Source: a virus
Direction: 5' to 3' (one strand)
Length of the DNA stretch: 64,000 nt
Virus record (IMG/VR): IMGVR_UViG_3300009703_002802
The position numbers and the translations under genes were made by a program. The notes under the pieces were generated by a model. The model searched no databases and was not told the origin of the DNA. It saw nothing but the letters and a program-made list of their open reading frames with translations. This document shows, piece after piece, positions 27,599 through 36,709 of the stretch (position 1 is the stretch's first letter; every line of letters begins with the position of its first letter).

Positions 27599-29150
27599 TC
27601 CTATAAATTTATCTTTTGACGACGACTCTACATGGGACACAATCTGTAGCGGAAGAACGAAGGGTGTTTTTCAGTTAGAGAGTAGTTTAGGAAGAAGTTG
27701 GGCTAAAAAAGTTAAGCCCAAAAATATGGAAGAACTTTCCGACTTAATAGCCATCATCCGTCCGGGATGTCTAAAAGCTATAGTTGATGGAAAGTCTATG
27801 ACTCAACATTACGTCGATAGGAAGAGTGGCGAAGAGTCAATAACATATTTGCACCAATCATTAGAGCCAATCCTAAAGAAGACTCAGGGTGTACTCGTTT
27901 ATCAAGAGCAGTCAATGCAGATAGCTCAACAGTTAGCTGGATTTAGCCTTGAGGACGCTGACGACCTCCGTAAAGCCATCGGCAAAAAGAAGGCGGATCT
28001 GATGGCTAAAGTTAAAAAGTCTTTTATGTCAGGGGCTATTAAGCAAGGGACTGTGGACGAAGAAACAGCAGAGGAAATTTTTAGCTGGATTGAAAAGTCT
28101 AGTCGTTACGCTTTTAATAAATCTCACGCTGTTAGCTATGCTATTTGTGGATATTGGAGCGCATACGCTAAAACGCATTATCCGCTACAGTTCTACTGTA
28201 ACTATCTTAGATATTCTGGCGGAAAGCCAGACCCGCAGAAAGAAGTCAAGGAGCTTGTCACGGACGCTAAGTCCAACGATATATTCATACATCCTCCGTC
28301 CTTAGATTATTTGAACGAAGAGACTGACGTAATAAACGATACAATCTACTTTGGACTCAAAAACGTCAAGTCTCTAGGGTCTAACACAATAACAACAATA
28401 AGAGATAGTATTTCTGATCTAAAGGAATCTTTAAAATCACAGGAGTGGACTTGGTATGAATTTTTAGTCCTCATTTCTAGGAAGATAAATAAAACGGCAA
28501 CCAGAGCTTTAATATCCTCTGGAGTTTTGTCCAACCTTAAAGTTTCAAGACAAAAGATGCTTTATGAATTCGACACGTTTGAAAAGTTATCCAACAAAGA
28601 AATAGAATGGGCTTTAGAAAATTATCAAGCCTTTGACTCATTACTAGAACTTCTTAGAAGTCTAGGCAAGCCGAGAAAAGAGGGTGGTGGGGTTACAAAC
28701 AAGAATAGGCTGGAGATAGTAAAAGATTTGATACAGCAGCTAGAAGATCCTCCAGTCTCTCTACACGACGATCCAGAATGGATAGTTAGAACGGAAGAAA
28801 ATTATTACGGCGTGTCACTGACTTTCTCCAAAGTAGAGTCATCAGATACTAGCAGGGCTGATACCACTTGTAAAGATCTCATTAATGGTAAAGAGGGCAA
28901 GGTTATGATTGCCGCAACAGTTTCTGAAACGAGAAGGTACACACCAAAAAAGGGTAAGGCCGCTGGCAATGAAATGGGGTTTTTAGAAATAGAAGATGCT
29001 ACTGGTAGCGTTGATAATATAACTCTTTTTAATGAAGCTTGGATTAAATACAAAAATGTTCTATATAATGGAAACAATGTACTTATAATAGGAAAATCAT
29101 CCAAGGGTAAAAGAGACGGAGTTATAGTAGACGAAATATTTGAACTGTAG
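27579..29150 (+). CDS. dnaE: DNA polymerase III alpha, C-terminal half (fingers, HhH, OB fold)
   Basis: GVFQLES, IIRPG, VYQEQSMQ, LRKAIGKK, YAFNKSHA, MGFLEIEDATG; probable start ATG 27579. Confidence 0.92.
   Translation: METSTFDPINLSFDDDSTWDTICSGRTKGVFQLESSLGRSWAKKVKPKNMEELSDLIAIIRPGCLKAIVDGKSMTQHYVDRKSGEESITYLHQSLEPILKKTQGVLVYQEQSMQIAQQLAGFSLEDADDLRKAIGKKKADLMAKVKKSFMSGAIKQGTVDEETAEEIFSWIEKSSRYAFNKSHAVSYAICGYWSAYAKTHYPLQFYCNYLRYSGGKPDPQKEVKELVTDAKSNDIFIHPPSLDYLNEETDVINDTIYFGLKNVKSLGSNTITTIRDSISDLKESLKSQEWTWYEFLVLISRKINKTATRALISSGVLSNLKVSRQKMLYEFDTFEKLSNKEIEWALENYQAFDSLLELLRSLGKPRKEGGGVTNKNRLEIVKDLIQQLEDPPVSLHDDPEWIVRTEENYYGVSLTFSKVESSDTSRADTTCKDLINGKEGKVMIAATVSETRRYTPKKGKAAGNEMGFLEIEDATGSVDNITLFNEAWIKYKNVLYNGNNVLIIGKSSKGKRDGVIVDEIFEL
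28203..28238 (+). repeat. 36-nt cassette, copy A (YLRYSGGKPDPQ) inside dnaE C-half
   Basis: 33/36 identical to 32615-32650. Confidence 0.95.
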
Positions 29151-29179
29151 TTGCAAAAGCTCTTTAATCAGCGTATATT
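29151..29179 (+). promoter_or_regulatory. Sigma70-like promoter TTGCAA-N17-TATATT
   Basis: Canonical 17-nt spacing in the gap between the dnaE-C stop and ssb. Confidence 0.6.
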
Positions 29180-29216
29180 GTATGTAGTAAGAACAACTTA
29201 TTGCAAGGATGGTACT

Positions 29217-29633
29217 ATGAACACTATTTCAAATTATTGCCGATTTATTGGTCGTTTGACTGAAGACCCACATCTTATCAAAGTAGACAAAACAGAGTTA
29301 TGTCGATTTACTTTGGCCGTAACTGAATACAGGCGAGAAAAAAGCCATGACGGAGAAAGTAAGAAAAAGAAGAGCGTAAATTACTTTGACTTTGAAGCTT
29401 GGGACACTGGAGCGACAACTCTTGGTAAATATTGCAAAAAGGGTGACATAGTAGATGTAGTGACCTCAGCTAGAAATAATAACTGGACAGACAAAGAAGG
29501 AAACAAAAAGTTTCAGACAAGATTTAGAGTCAAAGAGTTTAAACTTTTTAACACAAATCAAAATACGTCTAGCGTTTCGGATGGGGCGAGCAATGAAAGT
29601 AAGCTCGAAAAATCCGAACTAGTAAATGAATAA
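29217..29633 (+). CDS. ssb: Single-stranded DNA-binding protein
   Basis: IGRLTEDP, RFTLAV, YFDFEAW, YCKKGDIV; start reassigned to ATG 29217. Confidence 0.88.
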   Translation: MNTISNYCRFIGRLTEDPHLIKVDKTELCRFTLAVTEYRREKSHDGESKKKKSVNYFDFEAWDTGATTLGKYCKKGDIVDVVTSARNNNWTDKEGNKKFQTRFRVKEFKLFNTNQNTSSVSDGASNESKLEKSELVNE

Positions 29634-30123
29634 AGAAGAAAGAAGCACAACGGACAAAGAGCTTGAAGACCAACTGATTCGTAATAATTACGGACTGGTT
29701 GTTAGTCAAGCTCTTTCTTTTTTATCTAGAAACTCTAGCTTAGACGAATTTATACAGGCTGGACTGATAGGTCTGCTTAGAGCTATAAGACAACATGATG
29801 AAAACATAGCTAAGTTTTCTACTTATGCTACTGTATGTATTAGAAATGAGATACAAAAATTAAAAAGCAAAAATAAAGATAAAGATGTTAAAGTATTCTT
29901 TGATAACAATCTTTTAGCAAAAAGTCTAAAAGATAAGTACTATATAAAAGAAAGCTTCTTTGATTATGTGCCGGATTATCTATCAGAAGAAGAGAACTTT
30001 ATACTCAAGTTAAAACTTGAAAATTATACCAACGCAGAGATTTGCGATTTTCTAAATTGCACCAGAGTTGTTTTGAATAAAAAATTAGAAACACTCTTTG
30101 AAAAAATTAGGGAAGCTAATTGA
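29626..30123 (+). CDS. Sigma-70 family sigma factor (second copy)
   Basis: QAGLIGLLRAIRQHD...KFSTYATVCIRNEI; LSEEENFIL...YTNAEIC. Confidence 0.82.
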   Translation: MNKEERSTTDKELEDQLIRNNYGLVVSQALSFLSRNSSLDEFIQAGLIGLLRAIRQHDENIAKFSTYATVCIRNEIQKLKSKNKDKDVKVFFDNNLLAKSLKDKYYIKESFFDYVPDYLSEEENFILKLKLENYTNAEICDFLNCTRVVLNKKLETLFEKIREAN

Positions 30124-31760
30124 TGAGAAAGAAAAGAATATTATTTTGCGGAGAGGCTACCTATCTAAATACAGGCTATGCAACCTATGGCAGAGAAGTT
30201 TTAAACAGACTTTATCAGACAGATAAGTACGAATTGGCAGAATTTGCTAGTTATGGAACTCCAGAAGAGGCCGCAAAGAACAATATTCCGTGGACTTTTT
30301 ATCCAAACATGCCTGACACTTCTAACAAAGCTGAAGTAGATCAGTACAACTCCATCCCTACAAACCAATTTGGAGAGTGGAGATTTGAAGAAGTATTACT
30401 TAGCTTTAAGCCTGATATTGTTTTTGATATTCGAGACTTTTGGATGCTTGACTATCAAAGCAGGTCGCCATTCAGAAGGATGTTCCATTGGGTTATAATG
30501 CCTACCGTAGATGCTTCCCCACAAAACGAACAATGGCTGGCTACATTTTCTGAAGCTGACGGCGTTTTTAATTATTCTGATTGGGGATATGAGGTTCTAA
30601 AAGAAGAGTCTAACGGCGCTATTAATTGTTTGGGTAGCGCTCCTCCTTCTGCCGATCAAGCCTACCAGCCAGTAGCAAGCAAAAGAAAGCACAAATCCGA
30701 ATTAGGGTTTGACCCAGACAGTAAAATAATTGGCACTGTAATGCGCAATCAAAGAAGGAAGTTATTTCCTGACTTGTTTGAAGCTTTTAGAAAGTTTTTA
30801 GACAAGAGTGGTAGTAGTGATGTTTTTCTATACTGTCACACTAGCTATCCAGACATTGGATGGGACATACCTAAACTACTAAATAAACACGCACTGTCAA
30901 GCAAGGTTATCTTCACATATGTATGCCCAAGTTGTGGTCATGCTTTCCCATCGTTTTTTGCTGACGCAAAAACAAAATGCCCAAGATGCGGTGGTTCTGG
31001 AGCTGGCTTATCAAGCGTAAAGAATGGAACGAGCTATGAATTCCTTGCTTCTATCATGAATACGTTTGACCTATACGTTCAGTATGCAAACAGTGAAGGT
31101 TTCGGTTTGCCACAGGTTGAAGCAGCCGCTTGTGGAGTGCCTGTCATGAGCATTGATTACTCTGCCATGAGTAGTGTTGTTAGAAAATTGGGAGGAATAC
31201 CATTAAAGCCAAAAGCTCTTTACAACGAAATGGAAACTGGCTGTGACAGGGCAGTACCTGACAACGACAAGACTGCGGAGGAGATGAAAAAGTTCTTCGA
31301 CATGTCAGATAAAGATCGTCAATTTTTAGGAAAGCTTTGCAAGGCGAACTTTGATAAATACTACCAATGGGATTCAACCGCTAAGAAATGGGAGCAGTAT
31401 TTTGATTCTTTAGAAATTAGACCCGATCAAGAAACTTGGCTGTCACCACCCAGAATACACCACCCAGATATAGATGTTCCTGCTTACCTTCCTACACAAG
31501 AGTATGCTCAATGGCTGATAGTCAATGTTTTAGGAGAGCCTGAAAGACTTAACACTTACTTTGAAGCAAGAATGATTAGAGATCTAAATTATGGGATGTA
31601 CATAGAAGGCACTGGAGAGATGTACTTTAATGAGGACTCTTATAAGTTTGTTCGTCCAGAGTATCAACCGTTTGACAAAGAAATTGCATACAAGGTTGTC
31701 GCTGATCTTGCAGAGAGAAGAAATTTCTGGGAATCAAAAAGGAAAGAGGTGGTTAGATGA
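30123..31760 (+). CDS. GT-B (GT4-like) glycosyltransferase
   Basis: RNQRRKLFP, EGFGLPQVEAAACGVP. Confidence 0.88.
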   Translation: MRKKRILFCGEATYLNTGYATYGREVLNRLYQTDKYELAEFASYGTPEEAAKNNIPWTFYPNMPDTSNKAEVDQYNSIPTNQFGEWRFEEVLLSFKPDIVFDIRDFWMLDYQSRSPFRRMFHWVIMPTVDASPQNEQWLATFSEADGVFNYSDWGYEVLKEESNGAINCLGSAPPSADQAYQPVASKRKHKSELGFDPDSKIIGTVMRNQRRKLFPDLFEAFRKFLDKSGSSDVFLYCHTSYPDIGWDIPKLLNKHALSSKVIFTYVCPSCGHAFPSFFADAKTKCPRCGGSGAGLSSVKNGTSYEFLASIMNTFDLYVQYANSEGFGLPQVEAAACGVPVMSIDYSAMSSVVRKLGGIPLKPKALYNEMETGCDRAVPDNDKTAEEMKKFFDMSDKDRQFLGKLCKANFDKYYQWDSTAKKWEQYFDSLEIRPDQETWLSPPRIHHPDIDVPAYLPTQEYAQWLIVNVLGEPERLNTYFEARMIRDLNYGMYIEGTGEMYFNEDSYKFVRPEYQPFDKEIAYKVVADLAERRNFWESKRKEVVR

Positions 31761-32911
31761 AAGTCCTCTATATAGGTTGCTACAGAGATGGTACTGGATG
31801 GGCGCAAGCCGCAATAGATTACATACTTTCTATGGACGCTGCTGGAATAGACGTTGTTCCAAGGCCAATAAAATTAAATAACAACAAACCAGACATACCT
31901 AAAAGAATAATTGAGCTTGAGAAAAAAGATAGTATCGGCAGTGATGTTTGCATACAGCACGTACTTCCACACATGATGGATTACAATGCTAGATTTAAGA
32001 AAAATATAGCCCTATACGCAAGCGAGACAAGCAATTTTAAGGCATCTAACTGGGCTAGAAAAATAAACTGTTTAGATGAGGCTTGGGTTATAAACAACCA
32101 AATGGTGAACGCCGCAAAAGAAAGCGGGGTAAACATACCAATAAAGGTTGTTCCTCATGCCACAGATTTTTCTAAGTTTGAAAGCAATCATAGAAAAGTT
32201 GATATACCAAACATAAGAGACACCTTTACTTTCTACTTTGTTGGCGAGATGAACAACAGAAAGAACATGGCGGCTTTTATAAGAGCGTTTCATCTAGAGT
32301 TTGACCCAGACGAACCCGTCTCGATTTTAATAAAATCAAACAGGTATGGTATGTCTTCCGACGAGTGCGCGGCAGAGATAAAAAATGTATGCGATAAAAT
32401 TAAGACATCTCTTAAAAAGTACGCAAATCTAGAAGACTATAGAGAAGACTTAATAGTTACAGATTATTTAGGCGAACAAGAGCTTTATGGTCTTCACAGG
32501 GCTTGTGACTGCTTCGTTATGCCTAGCTACGGAGAGGCTTGGTCTATACCAGCTTTTGACGCTATGGGCTTTGGTAAAACGCCGATATGTTCAAATACTG
32601 GAGGAATGGCAGATTATATTAGATATTCTGGGGGAAAACCAGACCCGCAGGGCGACTCTGGAATTTTGATTGACGGCAGATGGGAACCAGTTTCTGGAAT
32701 GACAGACACCTTTGCCGATCTTTTTACAGGCGAAGAGGATTGGTATTCTGTAGATGTAAATCAGCTTAGAAGAGCAATGAGAAAAATATACACTATGAAA
32801 AGCTCAGAACAAGAAGAATACAGCAAGATGAAAAGAAACGGACTTGTTCAAGCGCAGAAATATTCTCACGAAAATATAGGCAAATTAATAAAAGAGCTTT
32901 TGAATGAGTAA
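31757..32911 (+). CDS. GT-B (GT4-like) glycosyltransferase
   Basis: RKN, CDCFVMPSYGEAWSIPAFDAMGFG; carries the shared cassette. Confidence 0.88.
   Translation: MKVLYIGCYRDGTGWAQAAIDYILSMDAAGIDVVPRPIKLNNNKPDIPKRIIELEKKDSIGSDVCIQHVLPHMMDYNARFKKNIALYASETSNFKASNWARKINCLDEAWVINNQMVNAAKESGVNIPIKVVPHATDFSKFESNHRKVDIPNIRDTFTFYFVGEMNNRKNMAAFIRAFHLEFDPDEPVSILIKSNRYGMSSDECAAEIKNVCDKIKTSLKKYANLEDYREDLIVTDYLGEQELYGLHRACDCFVMPSYGEAWSIPAFDAMGFGKTPICSNTGGMADYIRYSGGKPDPQGDSGILIDGRWEPVSGMTDTFADLFTGEEDWYSVDVNQLRRAMRKIYTMKSSEQEEYSKMKRNGLVQAQKYSHENIGKLIKELLNE
32615..32650 (+). repeat. 36-nt cassette, copy B (YIRYSGGKPDPQ) inside glycosyltransferase
   Basis: 33/36 identical to 28203-28238, in the same reading register. 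Confidence 0.95.
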
Positions 32912-33920
32912 TCCAGTAGCATCTATAACAAGAGCAGCGACCAGAAAATTTAATGAGCCGCTAAATATACTGACCTTCCCCACACACGAAAGATATGAAA
33001 GTCTTTTGTGCAGGACAGGCCATAATTTTTATGCCTACAGAGCCGAAGGCGTAAAAGACTGGAACTCTAACTACGCTCCTCTACCAGAGAACTACCAACT
33101 GCTAGACCCAGATCTTGGCGAGTCACAAATACCACTGAATGTAGATTTTGATCTTATTCTCTCTCAAAACAAGTTCGGTCAATTTCAAATCGCAGAACCT
33201 TTATCAAAAAGACTGCACTTACCGATGGTTAGTTTAGAGCATACATTGCCAGTTCCTTACTGGCCTCCAAATGTAAAAGAGTCTACAAAATACATGAGAG
33301 GCGATACAAATATATTTATATCAGAATACAGCATACACGACTGGGACTGGAGTCCGCAGGGGAATGACACAGCAGTAATAACGCACGGAGTAGACTCGCA
33401 GACTTTTAAGCCGCAGGAAGTAGAGAGAGAAAACCAAATACTATCCGTTGTTAATGACTGGATTAATAGAGATTGGTGTTGCGGGTTCACTTTATGGCAA
33501 AGAGTTATTCAGGGCTTACCATTTAAGGTTGTTGGAGATACTCCCGGCCTGTCAGTCCCAGCATCCAGCACAGAAGAATTAGTAAACGCATACTCTTCCA
33601 ATAGAATTTTTCTAAACACTTCTACAATATCTCCCGTACCAACAGCCTTGCTGGAAGCCATGTCTTGTGGTTGCGCTGTTGTTACGACAGCGACATGTAT
33701 GATACCGGAGATTGTAGAAAATGGCGTTAACGGTTTTATAAGTAATGACGAAGAAGAGCTAAAGCAATACTTAGTTGACCTCTTGAATGACGAAGAGCTT
33801 GCTAAAAAGCTAGGCGAAAACGCAAGAAAAACCATAGTCGAAAACTTTTCACAAGAAGAGTTTATTAGGAAGTGGGACTTTTTACTTAAACAAACTGCTA
33901 AAAAGTTTTTTAGGGGATAA
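32904..33920 (+). CDS. GT-B (GT4-like) glycosyltransferase
   Basis: FLNTSTISPVPTALLEAMSCG, ENGVNG. Confidence 0.88.
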   Translation: MSNPVASITRAATRKFNEPLNILTFPTHERYESLLCRTGHNFYAYRAEGVKDWNSNYAPLPENYQLLDPDLGESQIPLNVDFDLILSQNKFGQFQIAEPLSKRLHLPMVSLEHTLPVPYWPPNVKESTKYMRGDTNIFISEYSIHDWDWSPQGNDTAVITHGVDSQTFKPQEVERENQILSVVNDWINRDWCCGFTLWQRVIQGLPFKVVGDTPGLSVPASSTEELVNAYSSNRIFLNTSTISPVPTALLEAMSCGCAVVTTATCMIPEIVENGVNGFISNDEEELKQYLVDLLNDEELAKKLGENARKTIVENFSQEEFIRKWDFLLKQTAKKFFRG

Positions 33921-33921
33921 G

Positions 33922-34431
33922 ATGAAGATTAACATAACACTAGGCGGGTCTGGCTACAAATCTGGCTACGTGAACGTAGACCCAACGCTCAAAAGAATGG
34001 GTGAAGAAGTAGTTCTGGAAAATGCCAATGAAGGACAAACAAATGTCATAAAGGCAGACATTCGTAATTTAGATGAAATAACCCTAGAAAACGAATGCGT
34101 AGAAATTGTAGCAGAAGACATACTAGACTATCTACAGCTTGGAGAGTCTAGAAAAGTTTTAGCTCACTGGATTAGTAAGCTTAGACATGGCGGCAAGATA
34201 GTCGTCGGCGGAACAGACATTCTAGAAGTATGTAGAATGTTTTATAAAAAAGCTATAGACACAGATTCTCTCAATGTCCTTATGCATGGAAATTTTGAGG
34301 AGGTTTGGAGCGTTAAACTAAGTCACACGACTATGGAAGATCTTGTTTCTTTCTTAGAGTCGCAAGGTATCAAAGTTACAAAAAAAAGATTACAAGGCGT
34401 TAACATGTTAGTAGAAGGAGAAAGACCATGA
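33922..34431 (+). CDS. Degenerate class I SAM methyltransferase-like protein
   Basis: NITLGGSG...GYVNVD; EDILDYL; LRHGG. Confidence 0.55.
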   Translation: MKINITLGGSGYKSGYVNVDPTLKRMGEEVVLENANEGQTNVIKADIRNLDEITLENECVEIVAEDILDYLQLGESRKVLAHWISKLRHGGKIVVGGTDILEVCRMFYKKAIDTDSLNVLMHGNFEEVWSVKLSHTTMEDLVSFLESQGIKVTKKRLQGVNMLVEGERP

Positions 34432-35225
34432 TGGACAATCAGTTAACTAGCTCCTGCAAAGATTGTGTTTTTGCTGTTTATATTGGCAAAACACAAACAG
34501 AGTGTAAGTTAGGTAGAGTAGAAAAGTTCAGAGAAAAGGGAGTTGACATCATTGAAGCAGAGGACTTAGAAGAAAATGAGTTCTTTGTGGTTGAAGCTTG
34601 GTGTAATTATTACAGAAATCAGGAATGGAAAGAGGCGTTTGACACAAGCGTTAGTCTAACAGACAAAGTAAAAGAAGAAGCCGTCTTTCCCGTAGGTTTC
34701 ATAGTTTTGTTCGACAATGACTCCTCTACTGAAGATTTAGAAAAAACTATTTCTGGCATTAAGGAAATAGAAGGCGAGGCTTCCTATGTCACTATAGCCA
34801 ATAGCTCAGAATCAGATCCTATAGAATTCATTTCTACAGTTCAAGATTTGTTTGGAGATTCTGAAATAGATTACAAAGTAACTAGGATTATGGAAAAAGA
34901 GACATATCAGTATCAATCCATAGATCTGTGTTTTTCTAACATTAACAATAGCTACTACTATATTTTGAAAGCTGGAAACAAGCCTGCAAAAGATGTAATT
35001 TCTTTAATTGATAAGCAAACGAATACAGAGCTTGAACCTGTTGTCTATATCAAAGGCGATGAAAATCTAAATGGAACTGTTGTTCAGGCTACCATGCATA
35101 AGTTTTTGAATGGATACTACGGAATGACACTTCTTGAAAAAATAGAAGGCATACAGAGTGAGGACGGAAGCACTAAAAGTGTAGTTTGGACTTGGGAAGA
35201 AATTAGAAATGGAAAAGAATCCTAG
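34428..35225 (+). CDS. Hypothetical protein in glycan cluster
   Basis: N-terminal CKDCVFA...C...C; coupled ORF. Confidence 0.65.
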   Translation: MMDNQLTSSCKDCVFAVYIGKTQTECKLGRVEKFREKGVDIIEAEDLEENEFFVVEAWCNYYRNQEWKEAFDTSVSLTDKVKEEAVFPVGFIVLFDNDSSTEDLEKTISGIKEIEGEASYVTIANSSESDPIEFISTVQDLFGDSEIDYKVTRIMEKETYQYQSIDLCFSNINNSYYYILKAGNKPAKDVISLIDKQTNTELEPVVYIKGDENLNGTVVQATMHKFLNGYYGMTLLEKIEGIQSEDGSTKSVVWTWEEIRNGKES

Positions 35226-35997
35226 AGTTACAATTCTTATAGCTTGTTATAACGACGAAGAGTATATAGCTAAAGCCATAAATAGCGCTATGCATCAAGA
35301 CTATGAAGGGCCTATTACAATTTGCGTCGTTAATGATGGCTCTACAGATAAATCTTGGGACATAATAACTTCTTCTGAAAAGAATGTTGCTAGCGATACA
35401 TTTGAAGGTTCGGAAGTTTTTATAACTTGGCCTAGTGATGATTTTTCCGATAGAAAATTTGTCGCTATAAATAGGACAAACGGAGGCCCTAGCGCTGCTA
35501 GAAATACCGGCATCAACTATACACTACCGGACACAGACATCTATGCAGTTTTAGATGCTGATGATGAAATGTATCCTGAAAAGATAACAAAATGTGTCAA
35601 TGTAATGAAACAGGACATGAAGTCTATTGGAGTTGTTTATGCTGACTATGACACTAAGCATACTTCTACAGGAAAAATAATCAGAGAATTTAAAGAGCCT
35701 TATACTAGAAGAAGGTTAATAGAAGAATGCATGGTTCATAGCGGCAGCATTATAAATAAACAAGCATTGTTAGACGTTGAAGAAACTACTGGTTACTACG
35801 ATTCTACTATGAGAACATGCGAAGATTATGACCTCTGGATGAGGATAAGCGAAAAATACATCATAGCCCATGTAGCAGAATCTTTAACTCTCGTTAGGGT
35901 GACAGGTGACAACTCTAGCTTTGTAGTAAATCAAAATGTCTGGCAACAAAACTGGTCTAGAGTAATGGAAAAATTACAAAACAGGGCAAATGCGTAA
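35209..35997 (+). CDS. GT2 glycosyltransferase
   Basis: VTILIACYN, VNDGSTD, GGPSAARNTG, LDADD, EDYDLW. Confidence 0.92.
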   Translation: MEKNPRVTILIACYNDEEYIAKAINSAMHQDYEGPITICVVNDGSTDKSWDIITSSEKNVASDTFEGSEVFITWPSDDFSDRKFVAINRTNGGPSAARNTGINYTLPDTDIYAVLDADDEMYPEKITKCVNVMKQDMKSIGVVYADYDTKHTSTGKIIREFKEPYTRRRLIEECMVHSGSIINKQALLDVEETTGYYDSTMRTCEDYDLWMRISEKYIIAHVAESLTLVRVTGDNSSFVVNQNVWQQNWSRVMEKLQNRANA

Positions 35998-36709
35998 ATA
36001 TAACCGTTTTACAAGCTCAACGAAGCACAATGGGTCTGGTAAAGACGCTGACAAACCTCTAAGCGTTATTGTACCAGTAGCCGGTATGGGTCATAGAATG
36101 AAATCCTATGGCCCTAAATGCTTGCTGCCAGTAAATCAAAGACATACCATACTAGATAAAATAATATTAACTGTAAAAAAGACTTACCCATTTTCTGAGA
36201 TAATAGTCGTAGTAGGATTTGAATCCGACAGGGTTATAAAAACGCTAGATAGAGACATAAGAATTGTAGAAAATCAATCTTATAGAACGTCCAATATAGT
36301 AGAAAGTCTTAGGCTCGGAATAAATAACTCAGTTCATAATAACGCACTGATAATATATGGAGATCTTATATTTAACGTAAGTTCGCTAAATGACATAACA
36401 AAAAAAGGATCTTCTATTGTTGTCGATAGTCAATCTAGATTTGACGAAGAAGAGATAGGTGTAACCATAGTGGATGGAGAAGTTACAAATTTTGCCTATG
36501 GATTAGAATCTAAATGGGCGCATATGGCATACTTGGAAGGTTTTGAGTTTGAAATGTTTAACGACTTATGTCAAGACAAAACAAAAAACAAAATGTATCC
36601 ATTTGAGCTTTTTAATATAATAATAAACTCTGGAGGCTTCTTTAGATCTGTTGAACCTCCTCGAATGCAAATAAAAGAAATTGACTCTCTTAAGGACTTG
36701 CAAAAATGA
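35990..36709 (+). CDS. Sugar/choline-phosphate nucleotidyltransferase (LicC/MobA-like)
   Basis: VPVAGMGHRMKSYGPKCLL, YGDL, EIDSLKDL. Confidence 0.85.
   Translation: MRKYNRFTSSTKHNGSGKDADKPLSVIVPVAGMGHRMKSYGPKCLLPVNQRHTILDKIILTVKKTYPFSEIIVVVGFESDRVIKTLDRDIRIVENQSYRTSNIVESLRLGINNSVHNNALIIYGDLIFNVSSLNDITKKGSSIVVDSQSRFDEEEIGVTIVDGEVTNFAYGLESKWAHMAYLEGFEFEMFNDLCQDKTKNKMYPFELFNIIINSGGFFRSVEPPRMQIKEIDSLKDLQK

Noticed and set aside
12067-29150. Inteins or introns in nrdJ, recA, dnaB or dnaE
   Set aside because: Proteins are of normal or short length, with no Cys/Ser...His-Asn splice motifs or LAGLIDADG blocks
29151-29216. ORF-track N-terminal extensions (ssb from 29151; also 15264, 54375, 4466, 27561)
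   Set aside because: The extensions overlap promoters or upstream genes; domain boundaries and coupling favour later starts
28203-32650. The 36-nt repeat as a DGR template/variable pair or CRISPR repeat/spacer
   Set aside because: Mismatches are not adenine-restricted (one is C/G); no reverse transcriptase, array or cas operon is visible; only two copies, both in-frame coding
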